Source: Intoshia linei (taxonomy: Eukaryota; Animalia; Orthonectida). Taken from it: DNA of 64,000 bases. A program made the translations under genes and the position numbers. The notes beneath the pieces were generated by a model. That model was given only the letters and a program-made list of their open reading frames with translations, made no database searches and was not told where the DNA came from. The stretch spans positions 1-64,000 of the forward strand of contig LWCA01000004.1 of assembly GCA_001642005.1 (NCBI GenBank), in the 5' to 3' direction. The first letter of the stretch is position 1. Each line of letters begins with the position of its first letter. Positions 1-13,900 of this stretch are shown in pieces.

Positions 1-75
1 TGGGGTCTTCGCAAAATAAATTTCAACCTCCCAAAGTCACATTTTACGGGTCAAAAACCCAAATTGTCAACCTAG
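1..75 (+). mobile_element. Helitron family 3' fragment
   Basis: Family internal module aaatttcaacctccca...cgggtcaaaaaccc followed by gtcaacCTAG|t at 72-75. Confidence 0.55.
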
Positions 76-261
76 TTAATTATATAATTATTTGAATTTA
101 CAATTTTATTTCTTACAATAATTCGACAATTTAGTATTAATATTTATTTTTAAGATACCATTTAAGATTTCTTTTGTGAAAAATTTATATGCATGTGGAC
201 GGAAATGTAATAAAATACAATTAAAACAATAAATTTACTGTACCTGTACTATAAAAAATTA

Positions 262-1005
262 CTCAATATAACCCAATATCTGCGCAGGTTCAATGATATA
301 TTTTACATCATGATAACGTGTACTCCTAATGGTAGCAATATTTCGACACGATATGAGGCGGCATTTCATTAAATATTTACCAATAGTTTGACCAGGTGTA
401 ATTCCATTATGATAGGATAGTAAATATGCCTTTAATAAAATAAACATAAATGAAATATTGGAGTACCAACTCATGTAAGTAACGGACATAAAAAAATTAA
501 AGTTCAATTTCATTCAAATTATGAAATTAGAATTAAAACTTTAAATAATAAATATTAATAATTAAACGAACCTCTAAAAACGTCATAATCATACGATACA
601 TGAGTCCCATAATGATGAAAAAGATAATTTCCTGCATTTCAAACATATTTTCATAAAATCCAACCATGATTGTTCTAATAAAATAGTTGAAAATACTAAA
701 ATGTTAAAAGCTAATTTACTTACACAAAATTTCTGTAGGTAGAGATACGTGTAAGTAAAATGACTTGAAAAATAAAGAGTAAAAGCGTGTCAATGATTTC
801 AGCAAAGCACCGTCGCCACATGGGAGTAAGTTTATACAAAGTGACGCCATCTATTCAGATTGAATTACAAAAATAAGCATTTACTAGACTGTGGATCGCC
901 TTCAACATTACATACTTCCTTTTCCTTGTTTAAGTTACGTATTCGCTCCATGTACACGTACTGTCTTAAATCGGACATGTACATTTTTCTTTTGGAATCA
1001 TTCAT
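262..1005 (-). CDS. FAM8A1: FAM8A1-like RDD-domain membrane protein; multi-exon, 3' end probably beyond the left window edge
   Basis: Spliced reading from ATG 1005 (MNDSKRKMY...) into exon YKLTPMWRRCFAEIIDTLLLFIFQ (RDD start, like PLWxRxxAExID), and exon AYLLSYHNGITPGQTIGKYLMKCRLISC (GxTxGKxxxxxRxxxC). GT-AG boundaries are present. Confidence 0.75.
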
Positions 1006-2085
1006 TTTAATAAAATGTATTAATTATAAACTAACTTTATGTTTTATTTTCATCAGATACATTAAAAATTTTATAAAATTAAATATAAGTCATCAAATTC
1101 AATGAGTCACTGGTTCCTCAATAACTATAGCTACGTGATGTATCTCCAATCAATTTTGTCGATGACTCAACATTTTTAATTTAAAACTAAGTAAACCTAA
1201 ATACAGAACCGAATCTACTAAGCTCCGGTCACGAAAATGGTGCTAAAAAAAGTTTCGCAAACGATGCGTAGTATTATATAGCCTTAGTCACGTCGACAAG
1301 GCTCTTGAATTGAGATTTTAAATCTGACACATAAAATAGTTGTAGAATATTCAAGAATATAATTTATTTAATGCTCAATTTCAAAAATGGGTCCATTCTG
1401 TAAAAATGTCGTGGAAGCCCAAAGAGAGACATCAGTGTACGGTCGGGCAAATTTGAAAATCGGAGAAACATTGGCAAATGAGTGTATTTTTTAACATGTA
1501 ATACACCGATGGGTGTCTGCGTCTATCATTAGTACCTTTTAAACAATTTAAACTGCCTAGAAGTGGAATGTAAATGAATAGAGGATTTAAATTATTAGTG
1601 CTATATTTTTTAACCTACATACTAAAACTATAGGAAACTTACGTAGATATTACATAAACATCGAAATTTTTATGGATTATAGATAAATTAGATTGTAATC
1701 AAATCAACAAACATACTGAATATACTTTTGTATTTAAACTTATACAAGAAAAGACATAGCTTCATGAAATTTGTGATTTTAATTTTTTTTTCTTATTCAA
1801 CAATTTTTAAAGGTATATATTTCAGTGTGAAATTTATTTATAGAATCTTAGTGTATAATTTAGAATTCAGTGGAGATTTAATAATGTGATATGTGATGTT
1901 TTAAATATGATTCAGCAGAATTATCTCAATGGAAATTCTACAGAACTGAAGGAATATGGCTCCTTGAAGGTATTTATATGGTTTTACGTTCATTATTGGC
2001 TTAATACGCCAATGATATTTGAGATAGCAGTGTTTTCCAACGTTTTTTCTGTCATCGCATATTTTTTATCATATTATATAGGATA

Positions 2086-3110
2086 CTAGGTTGATTGTAA
2101 TGTACTACGTACAAACAGCACCTAGCTCTGCCGAGGGGACATTTTTATTATACCAAAAAAATAAATTCACGTTGAAATCTAACTAAAAGAATCCTACTAT
2201 TCACTATTATCCATCCTTTAAAGGAGTGGTTCCGAAATTTGTTTCAGGTGAAACCATCATATCACATTATTTTGTACTTTAAAGTGAATTATCCCATTTT
2301 AATTTTTTGTTTAACATTTGCGTAAAGAATTTTAAAAACAATTGTTATCCCATTTTTTTAATTTATTAGACAGAATGTGTGTATAATATTAAAAATAAAG
2401 TAAAAACAGTCCAATCCTAAAAATTATCATAAATAGCATAAATTCCAGAAAAAACAAAATGATAAAAACCTATTTTGTCATTTTCAATGTTATGGTATAT
2501 ATTCAGTACCAATTTAATAAATACTTAAAAATACCAATTATGTATCAATAATGAACGGAATCAGCACTTTATAAACATATTTCAGGTGAATTTTACCAAA
2601 ATTGCAAAGGATTGTAATAAATATAAAAATGATAATAACAAAGTTGTATTACTTTTAGTTTCGTTGTTGTAGTTTAAATTTGAAACAAAATGTTTTGAAA
2701 ATGACAATTTGAAATTGAAAAATTGTATAGCAATGAAAAAAATCCGAAGGAATGAATTATATAGATTTTCACCCATATGTCTTTATTGGAAATGTGTAGA
2801 GGTTCAAGGCACATTTTTTTGAAATTGTACGATCAATATTTACATTTTCAATTTTTATTTTAATCGAATTATTTGAAAAATTTTGGTTGATAATACATTA
2901 AAAATTATTTTTCAATGCATAGATTTCTGGGGTTGAAATTTTGTATTTATATTAACTGGAATAAGCTCTACCAGAAGAATATTTTTTTTTAAATTTAAAT
3001 TTATGTTAATGTTTATGATTTTAAAATCCGTATCAGCGTATATATTTTTTTAAATTCAAATTAAGATGTGAGTTTGGGAAGTTGAAATTTATTTTGCCAA
3101 CACCCCTGGA
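2086..3110 (-). mobile_element. Non-autonomous Helitron, 3' end intact
   Basis: Reverse strand ends ...gctgtttgtacgtagtacattacaatcaacCTAG|t (subterminal hairpin plus CTAG). Body matches copies at 18.1-18.9, 23.1-24.8, 26-27 and 39-40 kb. Confidence 0.8.
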
Positions 3111-6100
3111 AAAAATGGTAACTTTTAAATCACGTTAAAATTTAAAAGGCTTCTAAATCGCAAAAGAGCAGGTTTAATCATGCAGATGGATAATACATTT
3201 ATTTAAAAAAAGGGGAATCTGTATATTACTCTTACAAAAAATTGTATTTATATTCTATTCTATTTACTCTTTACTATTTAGCAAACCAATTTTTTAAAAT
3301 TAATTATTTTAAATTAAATTTTTAGAAAATATTGAATTAAAAAAATAATTAATGAATTTCCATTGTAAAAATTGATTTTTTGATAAGATAGATTTTAATT
3401 ATTTTATAATAAATTTTACAATTTGTATTAGATTTTATTGCAATTTAAGATTTAATTTAAAGGTTTTATCTGTTTTTTCTAGTTTTAAATTCAATAAAAT
3501 AAATAAAAATAATATATTACAATTCTTAATTGTTTGTGTAATGGAAATGTATGTGTATAAACGATTTAGTTAATTTTATTATAAGTCGTTATAGGTTGAT
3601 AATATAGAATAAATAAGGAGATAGTAAACTAAAGTTTACTACAGTTTGTATTCTTAAGATAATAATTATGTATCATTCATAGTATATTAATTTCATTCTA
3701 TTATATTGTTTTGGTTCGTTGAATTATCGTTATTTTACTTTATATAATTATGTTTATTGTTTAACCGTTCCTATAACGACATACTATCAATACCGCTATA
3801 AATATTGAAATACTAAAATTGGCGGTATTGAGAAGTCACTGACTGTATTACTGTTATACTGAGTTACTGTATATTGCCTTAAATATAAGTTTGATATTAA
3901 AATTTAATTATACAATTTAGTTTGTTTTAATATTTGTTAAAGTATATTAAAAAGTTTCGTACGATAAAAATAAAAACAAGAGTTTCTCAAGACTTAAATT
4001 TTGGTCTGTAAACTGTAAAGAATTAACAAGTCGAGATTTAGTAATTGAACCAGTAAATGTTCGTTATATCATAAAATACGTTTTCAATATTATTTTTTGT
4101 AAAAGATATGATTTACAACATTTTTCATTAAAAACATCATTTTTGTCAAAAAGTCAAATAGAACATTATAACTCTAACAATGCGATTTATAGAAACTTTT
4201 AGTTTTATATTTTAAATTAATAGCTAGTAAAAGAAATTGCGAGTTATAGAGTTGGCGAGTTGTAGAGAGAATACTGTACGTATTTTCTATTAAAGCATAA
4301 ATGCTGATTTACTAATAATTTAATAATGTTAATAATTTTGAATTTTATCAGAAACTTGAATTTAACCGATTTCTTGAAAATTAAAAATTAATTGTTATCA
4401 CGTATATTTGAAATTTGAAATTTACTACATAAAATAATTTCATAAGGTTCAATTATTCAAATTTTGAACTGCTTTGCGCGGGGGTTTTTTGAATCCCTTT
4501 TCAATAATTCTTTTTGCATTGCTTTATATTTACACTCCTCCGCATCGTATGTGGGTGTAATTTTAAATTTTCAAAAAAAACTGATAAAATTCACGCTTCG
4601 AGTGACCATATGGTCACATACGCTGAACAACAATTACATATTTATTTTTCATTTTACATATTTTCATTTTCATTAAATTTTTCAAAAATATCGGAAACAA
4701 TAGAGAATGAATGTATTCTTGATATCGTTTATCTAAAATTGAAAATATCTTTGTAGAATTTAAGAAAAAAGTCCTTAATGTTGACCATTATCATTTGACG
4801 GTCAATATTTGCTGGGAGTTTTCAGTTTATTTATCCACTACCACGGATTACTGAAAGAAAATGAATCTAACTTATAATTTAAAATTTTATTTTGATTATC
4901 TCACAATTTAAATTTTAATTCATCTAAATTGCCAATGCGCTGCCTTGAATGACGCAATTCGCCACATGTGGCGCATCACCCATAGGTTGGCCACCATGTG
5001 TAATTTAATGTATTAATTATTATTTACAGTGTCAATAATATAAAAATTCAGTTTTAGTAATAATTTATAATAAACTACCCTTGGCGGTGATTTGGTCAAC
5101 GTTAAAAAGTCTAATTTAGACTAATTTTTTACGTATATTTTGTGCACGAAATGTGTAAAACTTTGAACAACCGTACTTAAAAATGTTATTTTAAGTATCA
5201 TTTGAAACAAGTTCATTAGTAAATTAGTTCAAATTGGATTAAACACAGTTTGACGTTTAATTGTAAACATAATAAGAAACGAAATGGGGTTATTACTAAT
5301 AATACTAAACCAGTTAAAATTATGATTAATAGTATTAAAATTGATAGTATACATTTTAAATTGTTATGTCATTATCACTTTTAACTTTTAACTTTTAACT
5401 TTTAACTTGAAATCACTCATGTGCATCATTATCTTCTTAATTGTATGGTACTAAAAATTAAACTGTTGGACATGAATATCATTGACAACCCACACTACAA
5501 ACAATTGATTAACAAATTATATCATACCTCATCAAGTTACCAGACAACCAGTCAATAATGTACTTTTAAGTTAAATGTAAAGCCAACATTTATCTCCTTG
5601 ATTTACACATTTATCTACACAACAATAGAAAAAATTTAGAAGAAATCAAAATTTTTGGCCAAAATAGATAATTGTGCCGTGGTTTGTATTACTTAAAATG
5701 TTTGTTTCATGCTCTATTAGATACTTTAAACAAAAGAATTATCTCATGTGTTGTAGATATTTAAAAAAAATGTTGTTTCCCTCATTTTATCAGTTTATTT
5801 GTTTTGCAAGAATATAATTTAATAGTTAAATCATCACTCAATATTAAATACATTCGATTAAATTTTAAAATAAAAAATTGAACGTTTTAATCAAGGTAAT
5901 ATTTAGACTTGAGTCCAATCTCTTCAATAGTAAACTAAATCGAAGGATTTTAATTTTTTATAATTCTTTATTTTATTTGATAGTACATGTGTATATTTTG
6001 TTTTTAATATTGAAGTTGATTTATATATTTATAAAATTAATCAATACGTATTTATAAAAGCAAATATTACATATGTATATATTAAATACATTGTGATTGT

Positions 6101-6169
6101 TAATACGTTAAGTAAATATTCATGTTGTCATTTAAAGAAGTATTATATAATTTTGCTTTTTAGAAAAAA

Positions 6170-9100
6170 ATGAATAATTCTGTATCAAAAATCAATGATT
6201 CTAGAATTACGATGGACAAAGCAATTAAAGTTTACAGATATGGTTTTTGTGGATGGTCACCAGATTGTTTTCAAAAATTGAATAATTCTATATTTTTATT
6301 GGTGTGTTTATGTCTAGTAGCCCTTTTACAAGGTTGTTAAAATTTTTATGTTATACTATTTTTACACTCTTTTAGGTATGGTTATTAATGGGTTTGTCAG
6401 TGTGGCAATTTCTACTTTGGAAAAAAGATATGGATTGACCAGTCTTCAAACTGGGATTCTAGCAGCTTTTTATGATATCGTTATTGTTGTAGTCGTCATT
6501 CCAGTCACATATTTTGCCACCAAAACTAACAAAATTAAAATTATCGGTCGGTATTTTCTATCATAATAATTATTATTTAATGTTATTTCAATTGAATAAT
6601 TTTTCAATTTATTATTGTTTTTTTTAAATTTTTATTAAATTTAAGTTGTTCATATTTTTAATGTCAAATAAATAAGATAAATTATTTCCCATTAATTATT
6701 AAGGTTTATAGGTGTAAGCATCATTCTTATGGGAATTGGATCATTGATATTTATTTTACCACAGTTTATTACACCGGCATATGAGTACCAGAATAATTCT
6801 CTTACATCATCAAATTTTTGTACAAATGCAACAGGTAAATTATATTATTAACATAAACATGATTTCAAATCTAAACTGTCATTCATAATATATGCCTGAT
6901 GAATACTGGTGACCACTAACGAACCTGCCAAGCTCGAGGCAATAAACCCTTTAAATAAATTTGACGGAAAAGATGATTAGTGTCTCATAGTCCTTAGTTA
7001 TCTCTTCAATTCACTTGAAATTTTAAATATAAGTAATTAATAAAACAAAATAGTTATGATATTCAAGGATGGTTAATTTGCAAAACTGAAGGCTATTTTA
7101 AAAAAAATCGTTATCTATATAATATCAAAATATTAACTAGAATAAGCTGTATCAGGATAATGTTTTTTTAATTGTATGACCGTTAATTATTTCAAATTTT
7201 TTGTTTAACAATTAATAATATTGTTAATAAAGTAAAATATACAATAAAAAAAATGAATACTAAAGTGCTTTTTTGACCATGAAGACGTCACTTTATCAGA
7301 TTTAAATTTTTTCTGTGTGTTAACTGAATATAATTGTACCTTCTGTAATTTTTTTAATAATTTTATAGTTTTTTCTCGATTACAAGAAGTCTTCTCTTAT
7401 TCGAGAGTAGAAGGAAAAATGCTTATAATCAAAAACAAGCAGTCCTTGAAAAATATAAAAAATACACTAAAAGTTTTTTTCTAATTAGTATAAACTTATA
7501 AATTAGACATTCTATTGTATGGGAAGTTATTTATTAGAAATAGATTGATATGTTGTCTATTTTTTGTTTAAAGTTCATTCTTTCGAATACAAACAGAAAG
7601 TTCTTATATTCAAATTTTATTGAGTTAAAAATTTCACTGAAAATTTATATTTCAGGGGTCTGATTATAATCGAGAAAAGACAGTAGGGTTGTTTTAATTT
7701 AAAAAAAAGGTTAATCTCAGTTTTTAATAGTGAAAATAATCTTTTTTGATTATGCAATTTATGAAAATACTTATGAATTTGGGTTGTGTAAAATTCTATG
7801 ATTTTCTTAAGTTTTACAAAAAGGGATAATTTGTGGTTTTTATCGTGAAAATATAAGATTTTGAAATTAAAAATGATTATAATGTAGATCAAGTTAAAAA
7901 TTTTTATCACAAGGTGTATTTATAATACTACAACGGGTTTGAATTTAAAAAAAGGACAATTGGGTTTTTGACCTTGAAGAACTCAATTTATGAAAATGAA
8001 ATTTGCGGTTAAATAAGACTCTCGAAAAACTGTAATAGAAATATGGAATTTTTAAATTTTTTGTCTACAAGTGAAATTGGCTGCATATCACTGATCTACT
8101 ACTGATTATAATTATAATAATAATTTATATTTAGAAAGCATTCAAAGCACTTGCGTCGAAAACGGTTATACTGGAGCACACATATACGTTATATTAATGA
8201 TTGGTCAATTAATTCACGGTGTTTCATGTTCAACAATATTCACCATCACATATATAATAATTGACGAAAATACAAATCACAAACAATCATCTGTGTACAC
8301 TGGAATATTTTACGGGTTTGGCGTTTTTGGACCAGCCCTCGGTTACATTATTGGAGGATTTCTCTTGAAAGTACATGGAGACTTTTATCGAATTATTTTG
8401 TAATTTTATCTTAATATACATTGCTAAATTAATATATAATATATTAATTATGACCTAATAATATATTAATTAATAAATTATATGTTTGATATTTATTTAG
8501 ACCTGAACATTTAAATCCAGATGACAGAAATTGGTACGGAGGTTGGTGGATTGGTTTCTTGGTGGCCAGTATACTGTGTTTTATTTCTTCAATACCGCTT
8601 TTTGGATTTGGACCTCATTTACCAAGTAATAATTCAATCTTAAATGATTATAACCAGGTCCGTGAATAGGGTATATGATTGTGACCGATCATTTACTACC
8701 TACTATTTCATATATATCATATATTATGTTTTTTTAATCTAGATGTGTCCCAGGCACTGTTGGCTCTCTAGGGTCTCGTGTAAGCATTTAGTTAACCTTA
8801 TATCTATTAATTTTCTTACAATATTGGGTATATTTAATTACCACTATGATCTTTGTAAATACAATTTCTTACAAATACACAATTGCATTGAAATCTATTT
8901 AATTTTAATTATGCATATTAATTTACACTGCATGTTGACAAAATTTAATTATTGGCGTAAATATAATATAAGATAAACTATACAGGATTATTTCTTTAAC
9001 TTTAATTTTATTCTCAAAAAATTATTTAAGTATAATTTGTCTAAAGTTTTAAAATTTTATAAATTTAGATTTTGAAAAATTACACAACGAGCGAATCTCT

Positions 9101-10880
9101 GAAGCTCACACAGCTTCAGATGAATGTACGGTTCAAATGACTTTTGGTAATAGTTTGAGTGAATTACCTGCAGCAGTGAAAAGATTGCTTTTTAATCCTA
9201 CTTACATGTTACTTGTGATAGGAGATGCGCTAGACGCATTTTTGTTAAATGGTTTTGTCATATTTGCTCCAAAATATTTGGAAACGCAGTTCAATATTAC
9301 TCCAAGCAAGGCTTCTATTTTTGCAGGTAATTTTTTAAATTAATGGTACTGAAAGGTTTACGTATATAGTTGAACCTGTCAATAATAAACACTAAATTTC
9401 AAATTTTTGACAGATTCATTATTAAACATTTTTAGACATATTCACCTTAACATACATGATAATTAAAATTTTACGTTTTTTTAAAATTCTGTGACTCTTT
9501 TCGTTTTTAAACAAAGAGTAATTTGTTTTAAAATATACGATCTGTCTCTAATTTCGTATCTTAGAACCAAAACTTAGAATCTTCTTAATGGACAAATTTT
9601 TAATAAGTTTGCATGGGTTTTTAACATTGATTAGTACGGTATAACTAGGATTTATTAATCGCACTAATCTGGTTTTAGTAATTTTATTTTGAATTTCCGG
9701 AAATGAAAATGACAATTACTAATAGTGACTTTTTCTAATATCCTAATGTGGTAAAATATATTAAGCATTCTATTTTGATAAATAAGAAACATTTTGTATC
9801 AATAATGAATGGATTCAGCCCATAGGGTTAAAGCTTTTATCAGATGTAGGAATATTGTAAAATTAAAGTAAATTTCAAAATGATAATAACAATGTTACAA
9901 TTCAGTTGATTTTAAACTTTAAAAATGTTCCAGTATACAATATTAATTTAGGAATTTCTCTTGTTCCAGGCGGAGTAACTGGTACAATAATTAGTGGAAT
10001 AATAATTAGGAAGATGCACGTTAAAAATAAAATTAGATTTGGGGCTGTAATGTTTTTCATATCGATACCTTTAATATTTGCATTCATGATGCAATGCCCT
10101 GAACAACCGATAGCTGGTATAAACAAGTCTTACATATCTGCGAACCAAACAAAGTAACATTTAATTATATATGTTCAATTTTTTTCTAGTTCTTTCGATT
10201 TAAAAGATAAGTGTAATGTTAATTGTGGATGTAAAGTTGAATACGAAGACATTGTATGCCATTATTACCCAGGATCTAGTAAACCGGTAATAGCATATGC
10301 TTCACATTGTTGGGCCGGTTGTGTGGGACCTAACCCTACAGCAAAAAACTGTACTTGTCTACCAGTCGGATCAACGTTATTAACCAATGATGAATGTAAT
10401 GCAAAAACTGATCAATGTCCATATTTCTATCCTTTCTTGGTATGCTTATTCGTATTGGTTTTCTTTACATTTATGGCAGCTACTCCAACAGTACAGGTAA
10501 AACAATTTATTATTTATATGATTTCGAAATTTTAAAATTTATTTAATTTTAATATTTAGGGAATAATGCGATGTGTGCCATTTTCGCAGAGATCTTTAGC
10601 GATAGGATTCGGTTGGCTTATAGCTAGAATAATTGGTACAATACCGGGACCAATAGTGTTTGGAAAAATGATTGACTTTTCATGCTTAATTGAATCAGAT
10701 TGTGGAAATTGTGTTTACTACAATACAACCAAGTTAATGGTACTTACACTATCATTCGGTTTCATCCTACGGGCGGCAGCATTCATAATGTTTTTGATGG
10801 CTGCCATTTTTTACAAACCATCCGATAACTCAATCAGTCAAACGAATTTCGATTTAGACACTATATCTAAAGCTGAATAA
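6170..10880 (+). CDS. SLCO: Organic anion transporting polypeptide (OATP/SLCO), copy 1, about 10 exons
   Basis: Exons give QGMVINGFVSVAISTLEKRYGLTS, YIIIDEN, WYGGWWIGF, FAPKYLETQF, Kazal-like CNVNCGC...VC...SHCWAGC and RIIGTIPGPIVFGKMIDFSC. Phases are consistent across GT-AG introns; stop at 10880. Confidence 0.95.
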
Positions 10881-10983
10881 TTAGTATTTGAGATTAAAAT
10901 ATATTAAAAATGTAAATACATGATGTATAAATTTAAATAAAGTTTATTTATTATTTACTTAATATTTATTCAAGTTAAGTTTA

Positions 10984-13900
10984 ATGAATTCTTCTATAGG
11001 GTTTCCATCATGGGTATCAACTTTTTAATACTAATTAGAAATACCAAACTATTTCTGTTTTTAGCAATATGTTAATATTAAGAAACCAATCGTAGTCGGG
11101 GATATTTATGCAAATCATGACGGATATGAACAGCAGAATAAAAAAAAATATACATTTGGTTATGGTAAATGGAGGCCAGAATTCTTACAGAAATTTAATA
11201 ATGCTTATTTTCTTATTTTTCTTCTTTGTATTGTCAACATTTTACAAGGTATTATATTATATCAGATATTTACAAACGGGTAGTGATTACAATATAATTA
11301 GTGTAACTTTGATTAATGCAAGACCTTGGAAATGAAAATCCTATAAAATTTGAATTAACTATCAGATCTTAGTTTTTAGGGCCCTAATTTATAAAAATAA
11401 TGTAAATATTTTTGGGGTAACTTTATATAATTATAGTGAAGACTTACTACAACATCATTTACGAATTCAATGCGCAGTTCAATTGGTACACTTTCTATAT
11501 GTATTATTAATATTCCACTTACTAAAACGGGATTTACGATCACGACACAAAAACATTTGCGCTTAGTAAGTCTTCACTGCACTTGTAAATTAGACAATAA
11601 ATTGGTTTTTCAATAATAATCATTTCCTTGATGGTGTTGGCCCTACACCATCTACACTGTATGTATGTCATTTGATACGTATCGTTTTATATATTAGTAT
11701 GTTTCCTTGAATTCTCTCCTGACAAGATATGACTGGTTTTATCATTTATAATTGAAATATAGGCATGGTTGTGGCCGGTTTAATCAGTATTTCATTGACA
11801 ACTTTGGAAAAAAGATTTGGATTGACTAGCAAAATGACTGGATTTGTAGCAGTATCGTGTGACATAACAGTTGTTACAGTGTTAATGCCAGTTACAGCTT
11901 ATGGAACCTATTTTCACAAAATAAGAATGATCGGTAAAAATTATTATTATTAAACTCAGAGCTGCGGAGAGCCAACGAAAGAACCAGTATAAATGCAAAT
12001 TAGACCATACAATGTAGGTGTATCACCAATGTATGAGGCATTGCATAAAAACAAAATAGAATTTAATTTTCTATCCATAGCTAAATCTTTAATTAAAATG
12101 AATTTAATCATCAAATTTCAAATAAAAATTTTAATTTAGCATGAGACTATAAATTAATAATATAAAAAAAATTATAATTACATTTAAGAAAATTAAAATT
12201 GTCCTTTTGACAGTGATGTTTGAGATTTATGATAAAAAACTCTATTTTAAACGAAGTATTGAATCCATTGTTTATCTATAACTATCTAATCTATTCAAAG
12301 TATTGAAAATAAAATGCTTTATTTCATAAGAACTTAAATATCACCACGAGTACGAGGATGGAGACCTCTGTTCAATGCTATTATTATTTAATTTAACAAT
12401 ATTTGTCAAGTCAAACGTTGTTAAATCAGAGAGATAATAATTGTACTGTATTGATCATGACGGTTAAAGAGAAAATTAAAAGAAATTATAAACCTATAAT
12501 GACACCTACCCTGTTTATATTTTGCAATCGGTATCACTGCCTTATTAAAATATTTTTATTAACGTTACAAAGTTTCACTTTTGCTCCTAAAAACTTGATA
12601 GACCTATAATATTACGGCTTGGTTAAGAATACAATGTTAATTTTGAATGATTGAATTTAAAAAATGAAATTATTTTATTTTCTTAATATAGCAAGCAGTG
12701 CAATTTTTCTTGCAATTGGATCAGTTTTATTCATTATGCCACAAATGATTAGTAAACCCTACAATATAACGGAGTTTTCTTCATTAACCTATGATGTTTG
12801 TGACAAAACTGTTACTAGAGGTATATTTATGTTAAATTATTGAATTTTCACATCATTTGTGAAAATTAATAACTTGTCTTATTTGTGTAGCATAAAAATA
12901 CGTATATTGCTTTGCCGTAGACTTAGCTTTCTAAAAATAATAATTTAAATATTATTTAACTGCACGTCTTTATAATTATTCACTTCATGTTTTTAAAATT
13001 ATGTTTTATAGTTGAAATTTTAAATACAGTATACTTAAGTTTAAACTAAATTTCAAAATCCATGGTTATAAAGTTTTTGAATTACAAAATCAATTCTATT
13101 AAGTAAAGTGACCAGAAAAAATAAGTACTATCAATTTTAGTTTGTTACTGTTAAATGTAAAGCAAAACTACTTATCTATAATGACAAATAAAACTTTTTG
13201 GCTTATTATTTAATCCAAATAAACTATAAAATAGTACGTATTTTTCTAATCACTTTAGTTCAGTGTAAAAATTATTAATATAATACAATAAATTTAACAT
13301 TAGTGTAATAATTAGGGAAATTTATTTATGACTCAAAAATTAAAAAAAAATATAACATTTCCCAAAAATAATATGACTTTTTATGACAAATTCATTTATT
13401 ATTGTACAGCGGATCCCAAATGAAGATACTGGAACCCCTAAGGACCCTAAAAAATATTTTAGAGTGCCAGCTCGTCTGATACTATGACTCATAAATTATA
13501 TATATTTACTATATATTAATTAAATTAATAATAATTATATATGAATGATTAGAATGATTTAGGCATTTAAAAATAAAAAATTAACTAACATTAATAACAT
13601 CAATTGTTTTTGTATAGGGTATTCATTTTATTACTATATTCTTGAATATATTGGTCAACTTTAGTAATAATCACTATCACTAACAAAAAATTAATTCAAA
13701 ATAATATTTTCTATGAGTTAAATATAAGTTAATCTATTTATATTTCTAGACTATTATTAATATAATGATTAATAATATATAATATATTAAAAACATTATA
13801 TAATAATATTTATTTACGAAATAATATATTAATCAAGATAACTAACAATCAATGTTGATTCGTAATCGTAATTCAATTGGAAGAATTTTATGGAGTTCAT

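Noticed and set aside
1886-2089. ORF/alternative frame DSAELSQWKFYR resembling a plant aquaporin N-terminus
   Set aside because: The match is a few residues only and is followed by stops. The region 1300-2070 looks more like a decayed hAT (CNT-RW, QRFF remnants), too degraded to call.
2582-2776. Repeated small ORF MGENLYNS... (also 26878-27087) and MKFILLYVPEK (23027-23257)
   Set aside because: Chance frames within Helitron repeat sequence; not kept open across copies.
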